Below are positions 31,158 to 43,118 of a stretch of DNA of 64,000 bases, one piece after another. The position numbers and the translations under genes are program-made. This DNA comes from Candidatus Heimdallarchaeota archaeon (GTDB taxonomy: Archaea; Asgardarchaeota; Heimdallarchaeia; JABLTI01). Location of the stretch: assembly GCA_019058275.1 (NCBI GenBank), contig JAHLVW010000062.1:96001-160000 (forward strand), read 5' to 3'. The notes beneath the pieces were generated by a model. That model ran no database searches. It was not told the origin of the DNA and worked only from the letters and a program-made list of their open reading frames with translations. Numbering within the stretch: the first letter of the stretch is position 1; every line of letters starts with the position of its first letter.

Positions 31158-32150
31158 ATGAGAGCATTAGTTACAGGTGCCACAGGTTTTCTTGGATCAC
31201 ATTTAGTTGAAGAATTATTAGTTAACGATTATCAAGTATCAGTATTAGTTCGTAAAACAAGCAATTTAGAATACCTTGAAAATCTGTCAGAACTAACTAT
31301 TCTCTATGGTGATCTAAACGATGTTAATAGTTTAGTTCTGGCATTTAGAGATCAAGATATCATTTTTCATAATGCTTCTGCCTTTAATGAGTGGGGTCCA
31401 TACAAATTCTTCCATCAGCACAATGTTGTTGGAACAAAGAATGTTGTAAATGCTGCATTGAAAAATAGCCTTGAAAAAATTGTTTACACAAGCACAGCTG
31501 ATATATACAAATATGATAAAATTGATTCTTATAATGAAAATTCAAAAATCAAACCATATGGCAATTATCAAAAATCAAAAATTAGAGCTGAAAAAGTATT
31601 AGATGAATGTAGTAGTGAATATGGTTTAAAAATATCCAAAATTCGACCTCCAGGAATTATGGGTCCAAGAAATGATTATATGGCTGCAAGAATTGCCAAT
31701 AGCGTTTCACAGAGAAGAGTTCCTCTTATTGGGTCAGGTAAACAAATAAAATCATATGTTGATGTTCGCGACGCAGCTTTTTGCTTAAGATTGGCAGCAG
31801 AAAATGAAAATGCATTCGGAAAAAACCTCAATGTAACTTCCTTTGAAGCTAATGTTACGGATTATTGGAGTACAGCTGCTACAATTTTGGAAAAGGAAAT
31901 TGAGTTTATTCATTATCCATATTCAATTGCTTATTTCTTTGGTTTTTTGTCAGAGGTTATTGGTAAAATTACTTTTCGAAAAAATGTTCCCAGAGCAACT
32001 CGATATAGAATTAATTACTTTGGAAAAGACTATATAATTGATTCAACTAATGCAAGAAATATTCTGAAGTATAAACCAAAATACAATTTCATTCAGTCCA
32101 TGAAGGACATGCTGCTTACATGGTTAAACAAGAATAAAGGACGAAATTAG
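31158..32150 (+). CDS. Extended SDR, NAD-dependent epimerase / 3-beta-HSD-like
   Basis: TGATGFLG, YQKSK, IRPPGIMGP. Confidence 0.92.
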   Translation: MRALVTGATGFLGSHLVEELLVNDYQVSVLVRKTSNLEYLENLSELTILYGDLNDVNSLVLAFRDQDIIFHNASAFNEWGPYKFFHQHNVVGTKNVVNAALKNSLEKIVYTSTADIYKYDKIDSYNENSKIKPYGNYQKSKIRAEKVLDECSSEYGLKISKIRPPGIMGPRNDYMAARIANSVSQRRVPLIGSGKQIKSYVDVRDAAFCLRLAAENENAFGKNLNVTSFEANVTDYWSTAATILEKEIEFIHYPYSIAYFFGFLSEVIGKITFRKNVPRATRYRINYFGKDYIIDSTNARNILKYKPKYNFIQSMKDMLLTWLNKNKGRN

Positions 32151-33464
32151 ATGAATGCCAATAAAACTAACACTAGTGAAACGCCAATGAGATTTAAAGC
32201 AGGAGCAGTTGACAAACTTACCTATGCATTACAAAAATTTGGTGATCAACAAATTCATGCAATTTTAACCTTTGATGGCACATTTGATGAATTGCGATTG
32301 AAAAAAGCATTTAGAATGATACTAGATGCAGAACCCGGACTTGGTAGTAAATTTGTATACCATCCTAAAAAGCCATATTGGGAGCGAAGAACAGATCTAG
32401 ATGAAATTGATTATCTTACACTCGTTAAAGTGAAAGATTTTCAAAAGCAATTATTTGATTTTATAGTTACACCATGTAATCCTGAAGTAGATTTACCTAT
32501 ACAATTGAGGATTTTGCGAGAAGAAAAACAAGACTCTTTAGTAATAAAAACTAGCCATGCAGTAATTGATGGTGGAGGTATTCAAGAATTCATAGCTTTT
32601 TTAGGATTAGTATACCAAGAATTGAAAATCGATCAAAATTATTCTCTACCAATTAATCACGGTAGTAGAGACCTTAAACAAGTGCTTAAAAGATTCAATT
32701 TCTTTCAAAAAATGTTTATTTTTCTAAAAAATGTGAGCTCAAAACCAAATTGGGCTTTCCCTTGGATTGGCACTAAACAAGAGAAACCGAACTATATCCT
32801 ACGTAGATTTCCACCAGAAGTTTTTCGCAAATTGAAAACATTTGGTAAAAAATTTGGTGCTACTATAAATGATATGATTCTAACAGTTTTCTATAGAGCA
32901 ATATTTGAGTTAATTAAACCTAAGCCTAGTAACAAATTAGTCACTGTTGTAACAATTAATTTACGATCCTATCTTCCAAATCAAAGAGGAGAATCTCTTT
33001 GCAATTTATCTACTGCTGCTTATCCTGAGGTATCATATATTCCAAATGAAGATTTTGATAAAACATTGGTAAGAGTAAGAGATGAAATGAAATTTAGAAA
33101 GAGTTCAGCACCAGGAATAGGTCCAGCAGTTTTTATAAATAATGTATTTAGAATGAGATTTGATAAAGTAGTTAATTCAATTAGGAAAAGATGCTTAAAA
33201 GATCTAAAAAGAAATGCAACTCATCCAGTATTTACTAATGTTGGGTTAATAAGAACAGAGGATTTTAATTTTGGAGATATTAAACCGTTTGATGGTTACT
33301 TGATGACTCCAATCATGAAAGCTCCTGGGTTTATTTTTGGGGTCATGACCTTTAATGAGAATTTATCTATATCCTCAGGATTCTATGAAGGTTCATACGA
33401 TAAAGCAACATTTGAGAAGTTCTTTGATTTAGTAGAAAAAGAACTAAAAGCAATTAAAGGATAA
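32151..33464 (+). CDS. Condensation-domain / CAT-fold acyltransferase (PapA/WS-DGAT/AATase-like)
   Basis: HAVIDGGG (HxxxDG), GATIND, INLRSYL, TNVG. Confidence 0.85.
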   Translation: MNANKTNTSETPMRFKAGAVDKLTYALQKFGDQQIHAILTFDGTFDELRLKKAFRMILDAEPGLGSKFVYHPKKPYWERRTDLDEIDYLTLVKVKDFQKQLFDFIVTPCNPEVDLPIQLRILREEKQDSLVIKTSHAVIDGGGIQEFIAFLGLVYQELKIDQNYSLPINHGSRDLKQVLKRFNFFQKMFIFLKNVSSKPNWAFPWIGTKQEKPNYILRRFPPEVFRKLKTFGKKFGATINDMILTVFYRAIFELIKPKPSNKLVTVVTINLRSYLPNQRGESLCNLSTAAYPEVSYIPNEDFDKTLVRVRDEMKFRKSSAPGIGPAVFINNVFRMRFDKVVNSIRKRCLKDLKRNATHPVFTNVGLIRTEDFNFGDIKPFDGYLMTPIMKAPGFIFGVMTFNENLSISSGFYEGSYDKATFEKFFDLVEKELKAIKG

Positions 33465-33517
33465 CATGATTTATTTTAATAGAAATTCTTTTAATCTTTC
33501 AACCAATTGAGTTATGC

Positions 33518-34321
33518 ATGAAGTCAGTGATAATACTAACACAGCCAAGAAGTGGATCATCGTTATTAGCTGGAATACTTCATAGATTTGGAGTTTATAT
33601 GGGAGAAGAAAAGGATCTAATGATGAGTCAGCACAAAAACAAATTAGGCTCGTATGAAAATCAAGCTTTTCTCAAATTAAGTCATAACATTCTGTTTAAA
33701 GCTAAAAGATTAATGCTATACTGGAAAAGACTTAGTGATGAAGATGGAAAAGTTGAATCTGCTGTTAAGGACTACGAAGAGGAATTAGTTAAACTTATCA
33801 AAGATACTGAACGTAATTTATGGGGATTCAAAGAAGCGGTCTTAATTTATACTCTGCCTTATTTTCACCATCATTTAAAGAATCCTTACTATATTATATT
33901 GAATCGTGACCCAGAAAGTGTAGCAAATTCGCAAGCACGAGCTGGAAAGTTAAGGAATTGGTGGCCGGAAATTAGAACTGAATTTTCTTATTTCAAACCA
34001 CATCAATGGTTTGTCTTGTTTGGTAGAACATTGCGAACTACATTTACCAAGGGATTTCTTTACAGAAATAAAAAATTCATAGCAGAGCTCACAAAAGATG
34101 GTCAAAAACGAATAGATGAATTTGTAAACGATAAAAAATATATCCGAATAAATCTTCTTGATTTAGTTAATGAACCCAAAAAAGCAATTGAGGAAATCGT
34201 CAAATTCTTAGAAATAAAACCAACAGATGAACAAATGAAAGATGCACTTAATTTTATTCATCCAGAATTAATAACATCAGAAATTGGTACAATGGACGAT
34301 AATTTAATAGGCAAATCTTGA
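33518..34321 (+). CDS. PAPS-dependent sulfotransferase
   Basis: 5'-PSB loop PRSGSSLL, WGFK, 3'-PB motif RDPESVANS. Confidence 0.88.
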   Translation: MKSVIILTQPRSGSSLLAGILHRFGVYMGEEKDLMMSQHKNKLGSYENQAFLKLSHNILFKAKRLMLYWKRLSDEDGKVESAVKDYEEELVKLIKDTERNLWGFKEAVLIYTLPYFHHHLKNPYYIILNRDPESVANSQARAGKLRNWWPEIRTEFSYFKPHQWFVLFGRTLRTTFTKGFLYRNKKFIAELTKDGQKRIDEFVNDKKYIRINLLDLVNEPKKAIEEIVKFLEIKPTDEQMKDALNFIHPELITSEIGTMDDNLIGKS

Positions 34322-34348
34322 AGTATAGGTCATTGAAAGTGGATTATT

Positions 34349-35172
34349 TTGATTATTGATGGACATGCACATGCAATAGCAGAATTAGCTGATACAGAAT
34401 CACTCGTTGAAATAATGGATTCCCTTAATGTTGATAAAGTAGTTTTATGTCCTGGTGGAACAACTGATACTAAAGCTAAATTTAGTAGACCAAAATTCAA
34501 AGAAAGTTTTTTCACAACTAGACCATTAATAATATTATTCTTTAATAGATTCCTTCGAAGGGTTTCTCGAGTATAAAAAATAGGGATACAGGAAACACAC
34601 TTGTTTCTGAGATAGCTAAGGAATTACCAAACAGAATAATTCAATTTTATTGGGTAAACGTTCTAGATCCGAAATATCTTGCTAAACTCAAAGAGTCTTA
34701 CGAGAAATGGAATTTCAAAGGTTTAAAACTACATCAATGTGTTGTACCATTTAAAATTGACTCACCTGAACTAGTTGGACTAATTGAATTTGCAAGAGAG
34801 AAAGGATTGCCAATTTTCATTCATATCTATAATTTCAAAGAAGCGAATAAATTTGTTGAATTTGTAAGAAGATTTCCAGAAGTAAATTTTATTTTAGCTC
34901 ATTTAATGGGATTGGAGAATTTCGTAAAGAAAGGTAAGGGTCTTAAAAATATCTATTTTGATATATCAACTTCTTACATAATAAACCAGAGACGAATAAA
35001 AAAAGCAATGAAACATTTTGGCGTAGATCATGTTCTTTTAGAATCCGATTCCCCAATAGGATATGATAATCTAAAAAACAATATTGAGAAAATCCAAAAA
35101 ATGAAAATCTCTAAATTGGAGAAAGAAATGATTCTTGGTTAAAATATAGCTAAATTATTGAATCTACTATGA
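34349..35172 (+). pseudogene. Amidohydrolase_2 family, disrupted
   Basis: IIDGHAH, GLKLH, PIFIH, ILAHL, SDSP; frameshift near 34570; premature TAA at 35140-35142. Confidence 0.85.
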
Positions 35173-35198
35173 TAAGATACTATAATCTAATCAAATCT

Positions 35199-35462
35199 TT
35201 ATAGCTTTTTTCCTTTTCTTTTAATTATATAGATAACAGTTCCATCTTCTTGTTCAGTAACGGAAGTAATTTCATGACCGAAATTTCGGCAGAACTTAGG
35301 GATACTATTAAATGCATGAGGAGTGTCAGTAAGAACTTTCAAGAATCCTCCCATTGGAACTTTTCGTATTCTTAATCTAACTCTCAACGACGGAATTGGA
35401 CAAGGAAGACCCTTGGTGTTGATAGTTAAATCAATCTTTTCTTCCTTTGACATCTCATTCAA
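35199..35462 (-). CDS. TusA/SirA-family sulfur carrier
   Basis: TKGLPCPIP motif, 87 aa. Confidence 0.9.
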   Translation of the reverse strand: MNEMSKEEKIDLTINTKGLPCPIPSLRVRLRIRKVPMGGFLKVLTDTPHAFNSIPKFCRNFGHEITSVTEQEDGTVIYIIKRKGKKL

Positions 35463-35581
35463 CTATATTATTGAATACAACTAATAAACTATTACTGTAT
35501 TTAGATGGATTTTATTGTCTATAGAAAATAACTCAAGATTACATAGATTCTAAATCCAGATTTTTTTATTCCATAAAAATA

Positions 35582-36274
35582 ATGTTTCTATTGTTTATTA
35601 TGAATAGAAAAGATCCATTGAAATCAATTCAATCACTTAAGAAATGGGTAGATAGTAATGGTAGAGTTGATTATCAATCAATAAAGAATGATGCTTGGTT
35701 CCAAGAGCATATTACAACTATAAAAAATACTGATCTCAGCAATTACAATTATAATGAGGAATTTGCATTTTGGCTCAATACCTATAATTTACTAACAATT
35801 GAAGGGATTTGTATTGAATTGAAACGAAAAAGTAATTGGAAAGGGAATTTAACACTATTATCAAAGTTAAAATTCTTTATTCTAAGGAAATTTAAAGTTG
35901 GTAATAGAAAATTAATTTTGAATTATATTGAACATAAAATACTTAGAAAAAAGTTCAAAGATCCTAGAATCCATTTCGTAATTAATTGTGGAAGTGCAAG
36001 TTGTCCATTTTAACCAAATCAACTGATATCTCCCGATAAAATTGATAAAACACTTGATGGTTTAACATCTTTTTTCATAAATTCTGGCAATGTAATTTTT
36101 AATAATCAAACAAATGAATTACACCTTTCAAAAATCTTCAAACGGTATAAAAGAGACTTTAGAAACAGTGGAGTTTTGAAATTCATACTAAAATATTGGA
36201 AAAAAGAAGTATTTTCAACAGACAATGTAAAAATTAAGTATGCTAAATATAATTGGAGTTTAAACTCGCAATAA
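35582..36274 (+). pseudogene. DUF547 family protein with an internal stop
   Basis: GRVDY, AFWLNTYN, DPRIHFVINCGSASCP; TAA at 36011-36013; frame continues with LSKIF...YNWSLN. Confidence 0.85.
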
Positions 36275-36300
36275 ATAGTACATTTTGTAAATTATTCCCA

Positions 36301-36370
36301 TTACTCAGATGAAAGATATCTTTCACCAGTATCTGGTAAAATAATTACAATCTTTTCTTTTTTATTCTTC
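36301..36370 (-). pseudogene. C-terminal remnant of cysteine synthase (CysK-like)
   Basis: KIVIILPDTGERYLSSE*, matching the CysK/CysM C-terminal motif. Confidence 0.7.
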
Positions 36371-36415
36371 CTTTTACATTTCCGATTCACAAAATGAAAA
36401 AAAAATGAAGAAATT

Positions 36416-37792
36416 CTAAGATTTTTTCCAATAGGTGTAGATTAAACCTAAAATCACAGTTATTGCAAAAAATCCAAGAATAATTCCGATAATTGTTCCA
36501 AAAATTACACCATAAGGTCCTTGCGTTGGAAAATTAGTAAAAGTATGATCTTGGTAAACTACAATATATATGTCATAATCACTTGTTGCATTATATCTAC
36601 TACCAATAGAATATAGTAGACCACTTTCTACAGAAATGTCACTTACACGATCACTGTATTCACTTCTATAACTAATATCCCAAAGCAATGTTCCATTTGG
36701 TAAAAATTCAGCAACAGCTATATAATCAGTACCATTCATGTAATCACAAGTACTAACTATAACTGGATTTCCATGTCGATTAATGTCAATTGCTTTACCA
36801 AAATCGTTATCCAAGTCCCAAGTAACATTCCAAATGATTTCTCCAGTTGTGGCATTAAACTTCACAAGTAAAGTATCGTTGTTGGTTCCTGGTAGTGAAA
36901 TTTCAGGTCCTAAACCTCCAATAACATAAACTGCTCCATTGAAAAGAATCATATCATTTCCGTAATCTGCTGGATTGGTTCCTCCATAGGAAGTATTCCA
37001 CACAAGATCTCCATTACTATCTAATTTTATTAAAACCAAATCTTGGTAGTTGACACCTGGAGTATTGTTAGTTGAACCACCAATGAAGATATTTCCACTA
37101 GAATCAATTTGCAAATCTCCTGGAAAAACTAGTTCTTTTGGTGCAGTTTCACCATGATAATAGGTAGTTTTGTATGAACCACTTGAATCATATTTTTGAA
37201 TAAAGAGGAATCCATTGGAATTATTTGTAGTTCCTGCAACGTAGATAATATCATTGCTAGCAACTGTCAAACAGTCTACAGTATCTTCTTGATCTGCTAT
37301 GTGTCTTTTTTCATCCCACAATAGAGTTCCATTTGGAGCGTATTTTAACAAGAAAGCATCATGAGTAAAAGTTCCAGGAGGAATTTGAGTCACAATTGTT
37401 CCAGCGATGTAAATATTGTTATTTGCATCAAAAGCCAAATCAGCTGGTCTAGCAAAATCATTTGTGGCCCATGATACATTCCACTGCAATTCATAGTTTG
37501 TATCATATTTTATAACGTAAACATCTTCACCAACTACACCAAAGGATTTAGAGTAACAAGTAACAACTAGATCTCCATGTGAATCTAATTTTCCAAAAAC
37601 ACTTCCTTCTTCTTGATCTCCACCCCATTTAATTATTTTAACGGGAGTATCAAAATACCCAAAGTGTTCTACATCATAAGCAACTACTTGGGTATTTAAA
37701 ACAACAAATAAATTTGATACAAATAAAAGAGACACGAGTATAATAAATGGGATTTTAAGTTTTATCTTCAAAATATGTCCTCCAGATTCCAA
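36416..37792 (-). CDS. Membrane-anchored beta-propeller surface protein (SBBP-like)
   Basis: Signal peptide, repeated 'D..GNIYIAG / LLKYD..G...W' units, C-terminal TM. Confidence 0.82.
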   Translation of the reverse strand: MESGGHILKIKLKIPFIILVSLLFVSNLFVVLNTQVVAYDVEHFGYFDTPVKIIKWGGDQEEGSVFGKLDSHGDLVVTCYSKSFGVVGEDVYVIKYDTNYELQWNVSWATNDFARPADLAFDANNNIYIAGTIVTQIPPGTFTHDAFLLKYAPNGTLLWDEKRHIADQEDTVDCLTVASNDIIYVAGTTNNSNGFLFIQKYDSSGSYKTTYYHGETAPKELVFPGDLQIDSSGNIFIGGSTNNTPGVNYQDLVLIKLDSNGDLVWNTSYGGTNPADYGNDMILFNGAVYVIGGLGPEISLPGTNNDTLLVKFNATTGEIIWNVTWDLDNDFGKAIDINRHGNPVIVSTCDYMNGTDYIAVAEFLPNGTLLWDISYRSEYSDRVSDISVESGLLYSIGSRYNATSDYDIYIVVYQDHTFTNFPTQGPYGVIFGTIIGIILGFFAITVILGLIYTYWKKS

Positions 37793-38067
37793 ACTACTTT
37801 CTGTAATGATTATAAAGTCATCTAATATTTTAGTAATTCCATATTAAATTGCTTTGCAGTAACTACAACTATTTTGAATCATTAAATAATGTGAAAATTT
37901 TAGAGAAAATTATTCTAAGATTAAAAAAAACCTTCTACCAATCTATTTTGGCAAAGTAGAAAACTAAAAATGTCTGACGAAACCATTTTATTGAATAACC
38001 TTTGCAGAGAGAAATAAGTATTTTAAAAGATTCTTATTTTATTAACCGTATTATATTTTAGCTAAAC

Positions 38068-40265
38068 ATGCATTTGGAATACAGGATAAAGATGGAAAAA
38101 GATACCTTACAAGAAATTGAAAGTTTACTTGAAACAGACGATTTTCCATCTGCAGATAAATTAATGAAAAAATTTGATATGGCTAATTTTTCAAAAGAAC
38201 AAAACATCAATATGCTGATTTTGAAGGGAAAAATCAAGAATGGTTTAGGATATCCTGATGAAAGCTTAACACTTTCAGATAAAGCACTTGAAGAGAGTAT
38301 TAACCTTGGTGAATTGAATCTCGAAATTGATTCATATATCAACAAACTTTCTGCAATGTTATCTCTAAATCAAAATGACAAATTCCTACTTATTTATAAC
38401 AAAGCAGAAAAAAAATTAGCTTAACAGAAGCAAATTGATTCTAGTGACTATTTGGTCCGAAAAGCAGAACTCGTGCAATTGAAAGGGATGTTTTTTGAAG
38501 AAATGGGTGAACATGATGAATCATTGAATTTGTACAACCAAGCAAATAAGATATTCAAGAAACTAAAATTGCTTAAACAAATAGCAATTTCAAATCAAAA
38601 AATACCCCATATAATTAGATTGAAAGGTGATCGAGACAAATCAATGGAAATTCTAAAAGAAACACTTCCAATTAGTGAAAAATCTCAATCAAGAAAAGCT
38701 ATTAGCAGTGTGATAGGTAGTATTGGGGTAATTCTTTGGTTAATGGGACAACACAAAGAATCCTTAAAATATACAGAAAAATCTTTGGAAATAGTCAAAG
38801 AAATGGGAAACAAGAGGAGTTATGCAAGAGTTCTAAATAATATCGGATCTGTTCATTATATGCTAGGTGAATTGAATTTATCACAAGATTACTATTAAAA
38901 GGCTATTTCCAATCTTGATGTTAAAAATGATAAAATGACTATAGCTTTTATTAATTATAATATTGGAATGATATAACAACAAAAGGGTGAACTAGATAAA
39001 GCACTAGATAATATGACTACTAGTTTAAGAATAGTCCAAAATGCAGGTAGAATAATAAACGTTATAGCATTCATGAATAGTATAGGTAAGGTATATCGCC
39101 AAAAGGGTGATTTTGAACAGGCATTAGCACACCTCCAAATGTCCTATCAATTAAGGGATAAGATTGAAAATAATCTTCCTGTTTCAAAAACTTTGTATTA
39201 TCTCATTTCTGTCTGTTTAGATGAAAATAATATATCCCTGGCTAAGAATTATTTAGAAGAATTACAAAGTATGGCTAAAATTGAAAACAATCAATTGATA
39301 GCTCAAAGAGCAATTATTTCTGAAGCATTGCTTCTAAAATTAGAGACGCGTTCAAAATACTGAGTTAAAGCTGAAGAATTACTCTATAAAATAATTAGAA
39401 GCGAAATTATAGATAATGAGTTATTTATTGATGCAACTTTGAATTAATCCGAGATGTTACTATTAGAGCTCAAAATGACAAATAATATTGAACTGTTGGC
39501 AGAAGTAAAATCTCTAACAAACAAGCTATTAGAGATAGCTAAAAAACAAAAATTGCAATCGCTTCTTGCTGAAGTATTTTGGTTACAATCACAAATTGCA
39601 TTAATTGAATTTGAAATTAAGGAAGCAAGACAGCTGCTAAATCAAGCTGAAATTATTGCAATAGAATTGGGGTATGAACGATTAGGCTATAGAATTTCAA
39701 AACAACACGATGTGCTATTTGATCAAATAGATGAATGGGAATTATTAGTAAGGCAAAACGCCCCCTAATTAAAAGAATGGATGCTGCAAAACTTGAAGAA
39801 TTTCTTTTGGGTATCTTCCGACAAAGGACATTCGATATACCTACTTTGCCAGAAGAAGAAGCTATAATGTTACTTTTCTTTAAATCTACAGGAATTCCTA
39901 TTTATTCTAAAAATTTCTTGCCTGAAAAGGATAGACTAGATGATTCACTAATAAGTGGATTTTTAACTGCAATAAATGCTTTTATTAGAGAAGCTTTTGA
40001 AGCGACAGGATCAGTTGAAAGAATAAAGCACAATGAATATACACTTATTATTCAATCATTTAATTCACTTCTAATGTGCTATGTTTTCAAAGGACAATCA
40101 TTTTCAGCTATGCGAAGAGCTTCCCAGTTTATTAGCTTAATGAAAAGGGATGAAACTCTCTGGCAGGATATTGTAAAAAAATTAGAATCAACTGAACCAC
40201 TTAGTGTTGAAAAAGAAGATTCATTAAACAAAATAATTGATAAAGTATTCCCAGTAATCTCATAA
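38068..40265 (+). pseudogene. TPR-repeat + C-terminal longin-like protein, disrupted
   Basis: One frame with stops at 38422, 38896, 38974 (TAA) and 39361 (TGA); frameshift near 39762; NNIG TPR motifs; C-terminal GIPIYSK..DDSLISGFLTAI. Confidence 0.85.
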
Positions 40266-40419
40266 CAAGTAATTTGATATCTGTCACTACTACGCGCCAA
40301 AAAATATCTAAATAATGAAAGGATAATCATAATGAAAAATTTCGAAATTTAATTTAAAAAATGAAAATTATAATATGAGAAAAGGTTCAAGGGATACTCC
40401 AAATATGGGAGCATAAAAC

Positions 40420-41886
40420 ATGTGCCCGAAAAACAATAAAGAGTGTTTTGCTAAAAAGAAATCTCAAGTGCAAAAAAAATCTATAGATAAGAAGAGTAAA
40501 AATAAGAATTCAATTAATCTTACGCTTGAGAATAGATACAAAAATCTTTTCGAATTGACAAATGATGCATTATTTATAATAAGTATCGATGGCATATATT
40601 TGGAGGTCAATCAAAGAGCATCTGAAATATTGGGCTATTCTATTGATGAGTTGATCGGCAAATCAGCTTTTGAATTTATTGCTTCTGAAGATAATAGCAA
40701 CGCAAAGAATGTTTTAGCATCTTTGCAACAAGGTAAAGCTTTTTCATTGTATGAAAGAAAATTTAAAAGAAAAAATGGTGAAGTTTTTCCAGCTGAAATT
40801 AATGTATCAGTTGTATTTGATAATGATGGTAAACCTGCGTATATTCAAAGTGCTGTTCGAGATATTTCAGGAAGAAAGAAAATTAAATCAGAACAGAAAA
40901 GAAGCGAGGAAAAATATCGTGCGTTGTTTATGCTTGCAAATGATGGTATTGTAGTCATTGATGCGGAAACAGGTATAATAGTTGATGCTAATCCCGAATT
41001 TGAACGACAGACGGGACGTTCAAAAACCGAATTAGAGAAATTTAGAATATGGGAATTACGACCTCTAGAACAACAAGATATTGCTAAAGAAAAATTTTAT
41101 GAAATTGTAAACATGGGAGCTGGTTTTGCTAGAAATTTAAATCTAATGAGACCTGATGATAAAATTACTCCAATAGATTTCACATCTAAAGTAATCAAAA
41201 TACATGATAAGAAATACATTGAAAGCATAAGCAGAGACATTTCAGATTTTAAACAAGCAGAAGAATTATTACACAAGCAAAAAGATGAATTGGAATCATT
41301 TGCATCTACGGTAGCACATGATATAAGTGGAAAATTACAAATAATATCTTTATACAATGAATTGATCAGTGATTCAATTTACACAGAGAAAATCAGTGAA
41401 CAAATAAATGATATTGTAAAATTTTTGAATGATCTATTATTTTTGGCTAAAGAAGGAGAAATAATTGGTAAGTTAGAAAGTGTTAATCTAAATAGAATGA
41501 TGGTTAACATAGTCGAAAAAGTCTTAACATTGCAACCAACTTTAGAAATTAAAATTAGTAATCTTCCAACTATAAAAGCTGATCCCCAGAAGCTAGAACA
41601 AGTTTTTGAAAATTTAATTATGAATGTTGTAAAACATGCGAAAGCAACTGAATTAGAAATCTACTCTAAAAAAGAAAAGGATGAACTTTTCATTTATGTC
41701 AAGGATAATGGACTTGGTATGACGAAGGATATGCAAGAAAAAATCAAACGTTCATGGGAAACTAATAAATATTCCACTTTAGGTTTAATGATTGCTAAAA
41801 AAATCGTCTATGCGCATAAAGGAAAAATTAGTTTTGAGAGTGAAGAAGGAAAAGGAACACTTTTTGTTATATTATTTCCAAAATAA
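40420..41886 (+). CDS. PAS-PAS sensor histidine kinase
   Basis: Two PAS domains, AHDI H-box, ENLIMNVVKH, KDNGLG, GKGT. Confidence 0.93.
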   Translation: MCPKNNKECFAKKKSQVQKKSIDKKSKNKNSINLTLENRYKNLFELTNDALFIISIDGIYLEVNQRASEILGYSIDELIGKSAFEFIASEDNSNAKNVLASLQQGKAFSLYERKFKRKNGEVFPAEINVSVVFDNDGKPAYIQSAVRDISGRKKIKSEQKRSEEKYRALFMLANDGIVVIDAETGIIVDANPEFERQTGRSKTELEKFRIWELRPLEQQDIAKEKFYEIVNMGAGFARNLNLMRPDDKITPIDFTSKVIKIHDKKYIESISRDISDFKQAEELLHKQKDELESFASTVAHDISGKLQIISLYNELISDSIYTEKISEQINDIVKFLNDLLFLAKEGEIIGKLESVNLNRMMVNIVEKVLTLQPTLEIKISNLPTIKADPQKLEQVFENLIMNVVKHAKATELEIYSKKEKDELFIYVKDNGLGMTKDMQEKIKRSWETNKYSTLGLMIAKKIVYAHKGKISFESEEGKGTLFVILFPK

Positions 41887-41925
41887 TTATTAGTATAATT
41901 TTGTAGACAAATTTAGTGATATTTT

Positions 41926-42911
41926 ATGTCAAAGATTCAGGTTATTTTTTTCAAGAAAGGGCAAGAAAACACTATTGCAGAAATACATAATGATGCATTT
42001 CACTACTCGATTGAAAAATTAGGTACGCTATAGGATACAAAAAAATAACAACTCAAGATGTAAAAGATTGGACAAACATTAAAGATAGTTTTATTTTAAT
42101 TGTATATTCGAATAATATTTCTGTTGGATATGTGCATTGTGGAATTAAAGATATAGAAGGTAAAGAGAGGAAACTTAGGAATCTTGTTTTTATTGAGACA
42201 AAAGAAAGTCTTGGGCAAAGTAAAATAGCTGTTATTAAAGAACATCAACGAAAAAAAAAAACAACCTCTAAAATGCTTGCAAAAGTGATTGAGACTGCCA
42301 AGGATTTTAATGCAGAAACTGCATTAGCTTTAGCGTATAACAAAAATATTGTAGCCAATAGACTTCTGACAAAATATGATTTTAAACATGAGAAATCTCT
42401 CTATTATGAACTTTATTCAAAAGAAAAACAATTTATTGGTGATTCTGTTTTAGCTGTATTCGATTTAAAGCAAAATTTACCTTCTATTAAGCTGAACAAA
42501 AATATAACAGTGAGAAGAATAGAAAATAAAGATTTAGTTTCTATGCAAGAGATTTTTGGTGAATGCTGGCTAGATGTTTTTGGAACAAACCCAAGTTATG
42601 CTCAAATAATGGATTGGTATAACTCCCGCTGGGGGGAATTAACCTTAGTTTCAGAATTGAGTGAGCAAGTTGTTGGGTGTATGGAATTTACTTCTTTAGG
42701 AGTTATAGGAATTCCCGGTGTTTTAAAGGAATATCGTAATCAGAAAATTGGTTCCGCATTATTTTATCACTTACTTTTAGAAATGAAAAATAAAAATCTA
42801 GAGAAGGCATTTGCAGATACAGGTTTCATTTTACAAGAAGCAATAAATATGTATAAGAAATTTAATTTCGATCTTTCAAGAGAATTGTGGGCTTGGTTCA
42901 AAGTTCTTTAA
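41926..42911 (+). pseudogene. Tandem GNAT acetyltransferase, frameshifted near the 5' end
   Basis: ATG at 41926 (MSKIQVIFFKKG), frameshift near 42030; V.KEYRNQKIGSAL and MYKKFNF motifs. Confidence 0.75.
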
Positions 42912-43118
42912 TTTAACAATTTTTAAAGAAAAAGTATCCATGGCATTTTTTCTGTTTTATATATAAATACTCAGAAAATAATCGCGAAGTATTTATACAA
43001 TGAAAAACAATAATAATTTGTGGAATCTGATTTAGATAACCGCTCAATACCTGTATTGAAAGTGTTAGGATGTTAGAAATGATGTTTCTATATCAAGTTG
43101 GTCTGGAGGTAAGAATAC

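Noticed and set aside
38068-40265. Stop-codon reassignment or readthrough (many in-frame TAA/TGA across the window)
   Set aside because: Context implies different original residues (Y in NIGMI*QQ, L in SCPF*, E in ILG*N, W/R at the TGAs); frameshifts co-occur; TAA and TGA terminate intact genes normally
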